The translations under genes and the position numbers were made by a program. From Haliotis rufescens (Eukaryota), in NCBI RefSeq assembly GCF_023055435.1, contig NW_025963879.1:14818001-14882000 (forward strand): DNA of 64,000 nt. Direction: 5' to 3'. This document shows, piece after piece, positions 62,379-64,000 of this stretch. Numbering within the stretch: position 1 is the stretch's first letter; each line of letters opens with the position of its first letter. The notes below the pieces were generated by a model that was not told the origin of the DNA, ran no database searches, and worked only from the letters and a program-made list of their open reading frames with translations.

Positions 62379-62622
62379 CCCTTGAAGATCCGGACTAGAA
62401 TTGGTCTTTAGCAACCCATGCTTGTCGTAAGAGGCAATTAACGGGATCGGGTGGTCAGGCCCGCTGACTTGGTTGATGCATGTCATAAAATCCCAATTGA
62501 GTGGATCAATTCGCATGATGTCAATCACTGGATTGTCTGGTCCAGACGCGATAAGTTACAGAGCGCCGTCATAATGCTGGAATATTGCTGAGTGCGGCGT
62601 TAAAAGACAAACAAAATAAAAG
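62379..62622 (+). mobile_element. Retroposon family D
   Basis: Same head, body and tail. Confidence 0.82.
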
Positions 62623-62859
62623 CCCAAATACCCAGTATTCCATGCTTAGGAACTGACGGAAATCATGCCGTATGACACGGCTGTGTGTGCCATCGTTCAC
62701 TGACGGCGGGGAACGTTGCTCCTACAACCAGTTTGCCTAGTCCAGATTCGTTTATTTGTGAATTTGGCACGTCGGGTGAGGGTGGCGATGCTGTCTTGTT
62801 TTATCTGGGGATGGTGGCAGGAGCTATAGTGCATGCACTGGTCTGTGTGTGTAGGCTTC

Positions 62860-63700
62860 CTAGACCCCAAACCAGCCCCATCGCCCATCAGATTCACCCT
62901 ACCCTACCAAGGCCCTGTCACTCATCAGATTTCCCGCCTCATCAAAAACAAACCCAATATAGATGTCACCTTCTCTAGCGGCAAGTCCATCAAGACCCAT
63001 CTACAAGCCAATAGCAGAGGCACAAGCAGCGTAAGTCCCAATCCCCGAGGATGTATATACCAGATCCCCTGCAACTGTGGCCACCAGTACATTGGAGAAA
63101 CCCTCAGACCCCTCAAAGAACATCAGGCCTCTGTTAACAAACTCGACCTGAAATCCGCTATTTCCGAACACATCCTGAAGAACCAAAACCATAACATCAT
63201 GTGGGAAGCCACCAAAGTCCTGTCTACCACCACCAACAACTGGCGACAAAGAAACCTACAAGAAGTCATTGACATCAGGAGACACCAGCCAGCCATGAAC
63301 CGTGACCAGGGAATCTATCTGCCTTGTGCTTGGGACTTATTGCTTTGTCGGTGCTAAGTATCTAGCTGGCTTACATTTGCCCATTGCCCGTTTGCCCGTT
63401 TGCCCGTTTGCCCGTTGTCCATTACCTATAACCTATCAATGATAACTTAAGTGCTGGCCTCTCTACTGTCAGCGCTATTTACTGTAAAGTGTTAGCTTCC
63501 ATTGTTTACATTGTGTGCTTCCCTTGTTAGTTTCCACCTTTTGTCCTCTTATTAATTTTGTTGTCCTAACATGTACATATATATGCTGTCTGACACATGG
63601 CACTCGTTCACCTGATGAAGGAGTAAGCATGTACTCAGAAACGTTGTGTTCCTCATATCAAAGAAGTTGACATCCATAAATTCTCTTCCTTGTCATTAAA
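62860..63700 (+). mobile_element. Penelope-like element 3' part: GIY-YIG endonuclease plus pseudo-LTR with a hammerhead-like motif
   Basis: TLPYQG..GCIYQIPCNCGHQYIGETLRPL.EH..SAISEH..H...W..E..I..MNRDQG..LP..W; CTGATGA..GAAAC core at 63612-63642. Confidence 0.9.
63600..63655 (+). ncRNA. Minimal type I hammerhead ribozyme-like motif of the Penelope pLTR
   Basis: CUGAUGA (63612-63618), stem II GAGUA/UACUC with an AGCAUG loop, GAAA (63638-63641) and palindromic AACGUU; the closing pair of stem II is mismatched. Confidence 0.6.
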
Positions 63701-64000
63701 ATATACCCTGAGAGCAGAGTCCACTGTACGATTCCGACTATACCATAAGCATGACTGTGTTTATGAATCATCAAAAAGATAATAAACCCGACATTATCTC
63801 TCTATATAAAGGATAGGACATGCGCAGATATTCAATAATATTGCATTCCACTGTGCAATAATACTAAAATTAACATAGTCAGAAATAGTAATATCCGCTT
63901 GTCATTTCTCTCTATCGACACAATATCAATGACAAACAATGGACAACCATACTGTTAAATACTATTAATGTCGGAGCTGATGCATTCTATCGTCAACAGA

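Overview
Eukaryotic (animal) genomic DNA. It is most likely a gastropod mollusc such as abalone (inferred from the SINE families and gene content), and contains three N-gaps. The left half is a tandemly duplicated TRIM locus on the minus strand. It holds one intact two-coding-exon RING-Bbox-Bbox-coiled-coil-NHL gene (24655-27898, 643 aa) and an NHL-propeller-only paralog with a single in-frame stop (6041-6976). It also holds several coding-less copies of the TRIM 5' flank. One flank copy is interrupted by an RTE-X-like LINE that keeps both ends and a 13-bp TSD (7489-11617); its ORF1 and ORF2 are in the same frame, separated only by TAG. The right half holds two intact, convergent, 10-exon M14A zinc carboxypeptidase genes (35260-44826 +, 418 aa; 46722-60571 -, 417 aa) with different S1' pockets. 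The rest is mostly repeats: at least four SINE-like families with related 3' tails, MITEs, a mariner-derived fold-back, an R4/Dong 3' fragment, a Penelope GIY-YIG fragment with a hammerhead-like motif, and minisatellites. All calls were made by eye, with no database searches.
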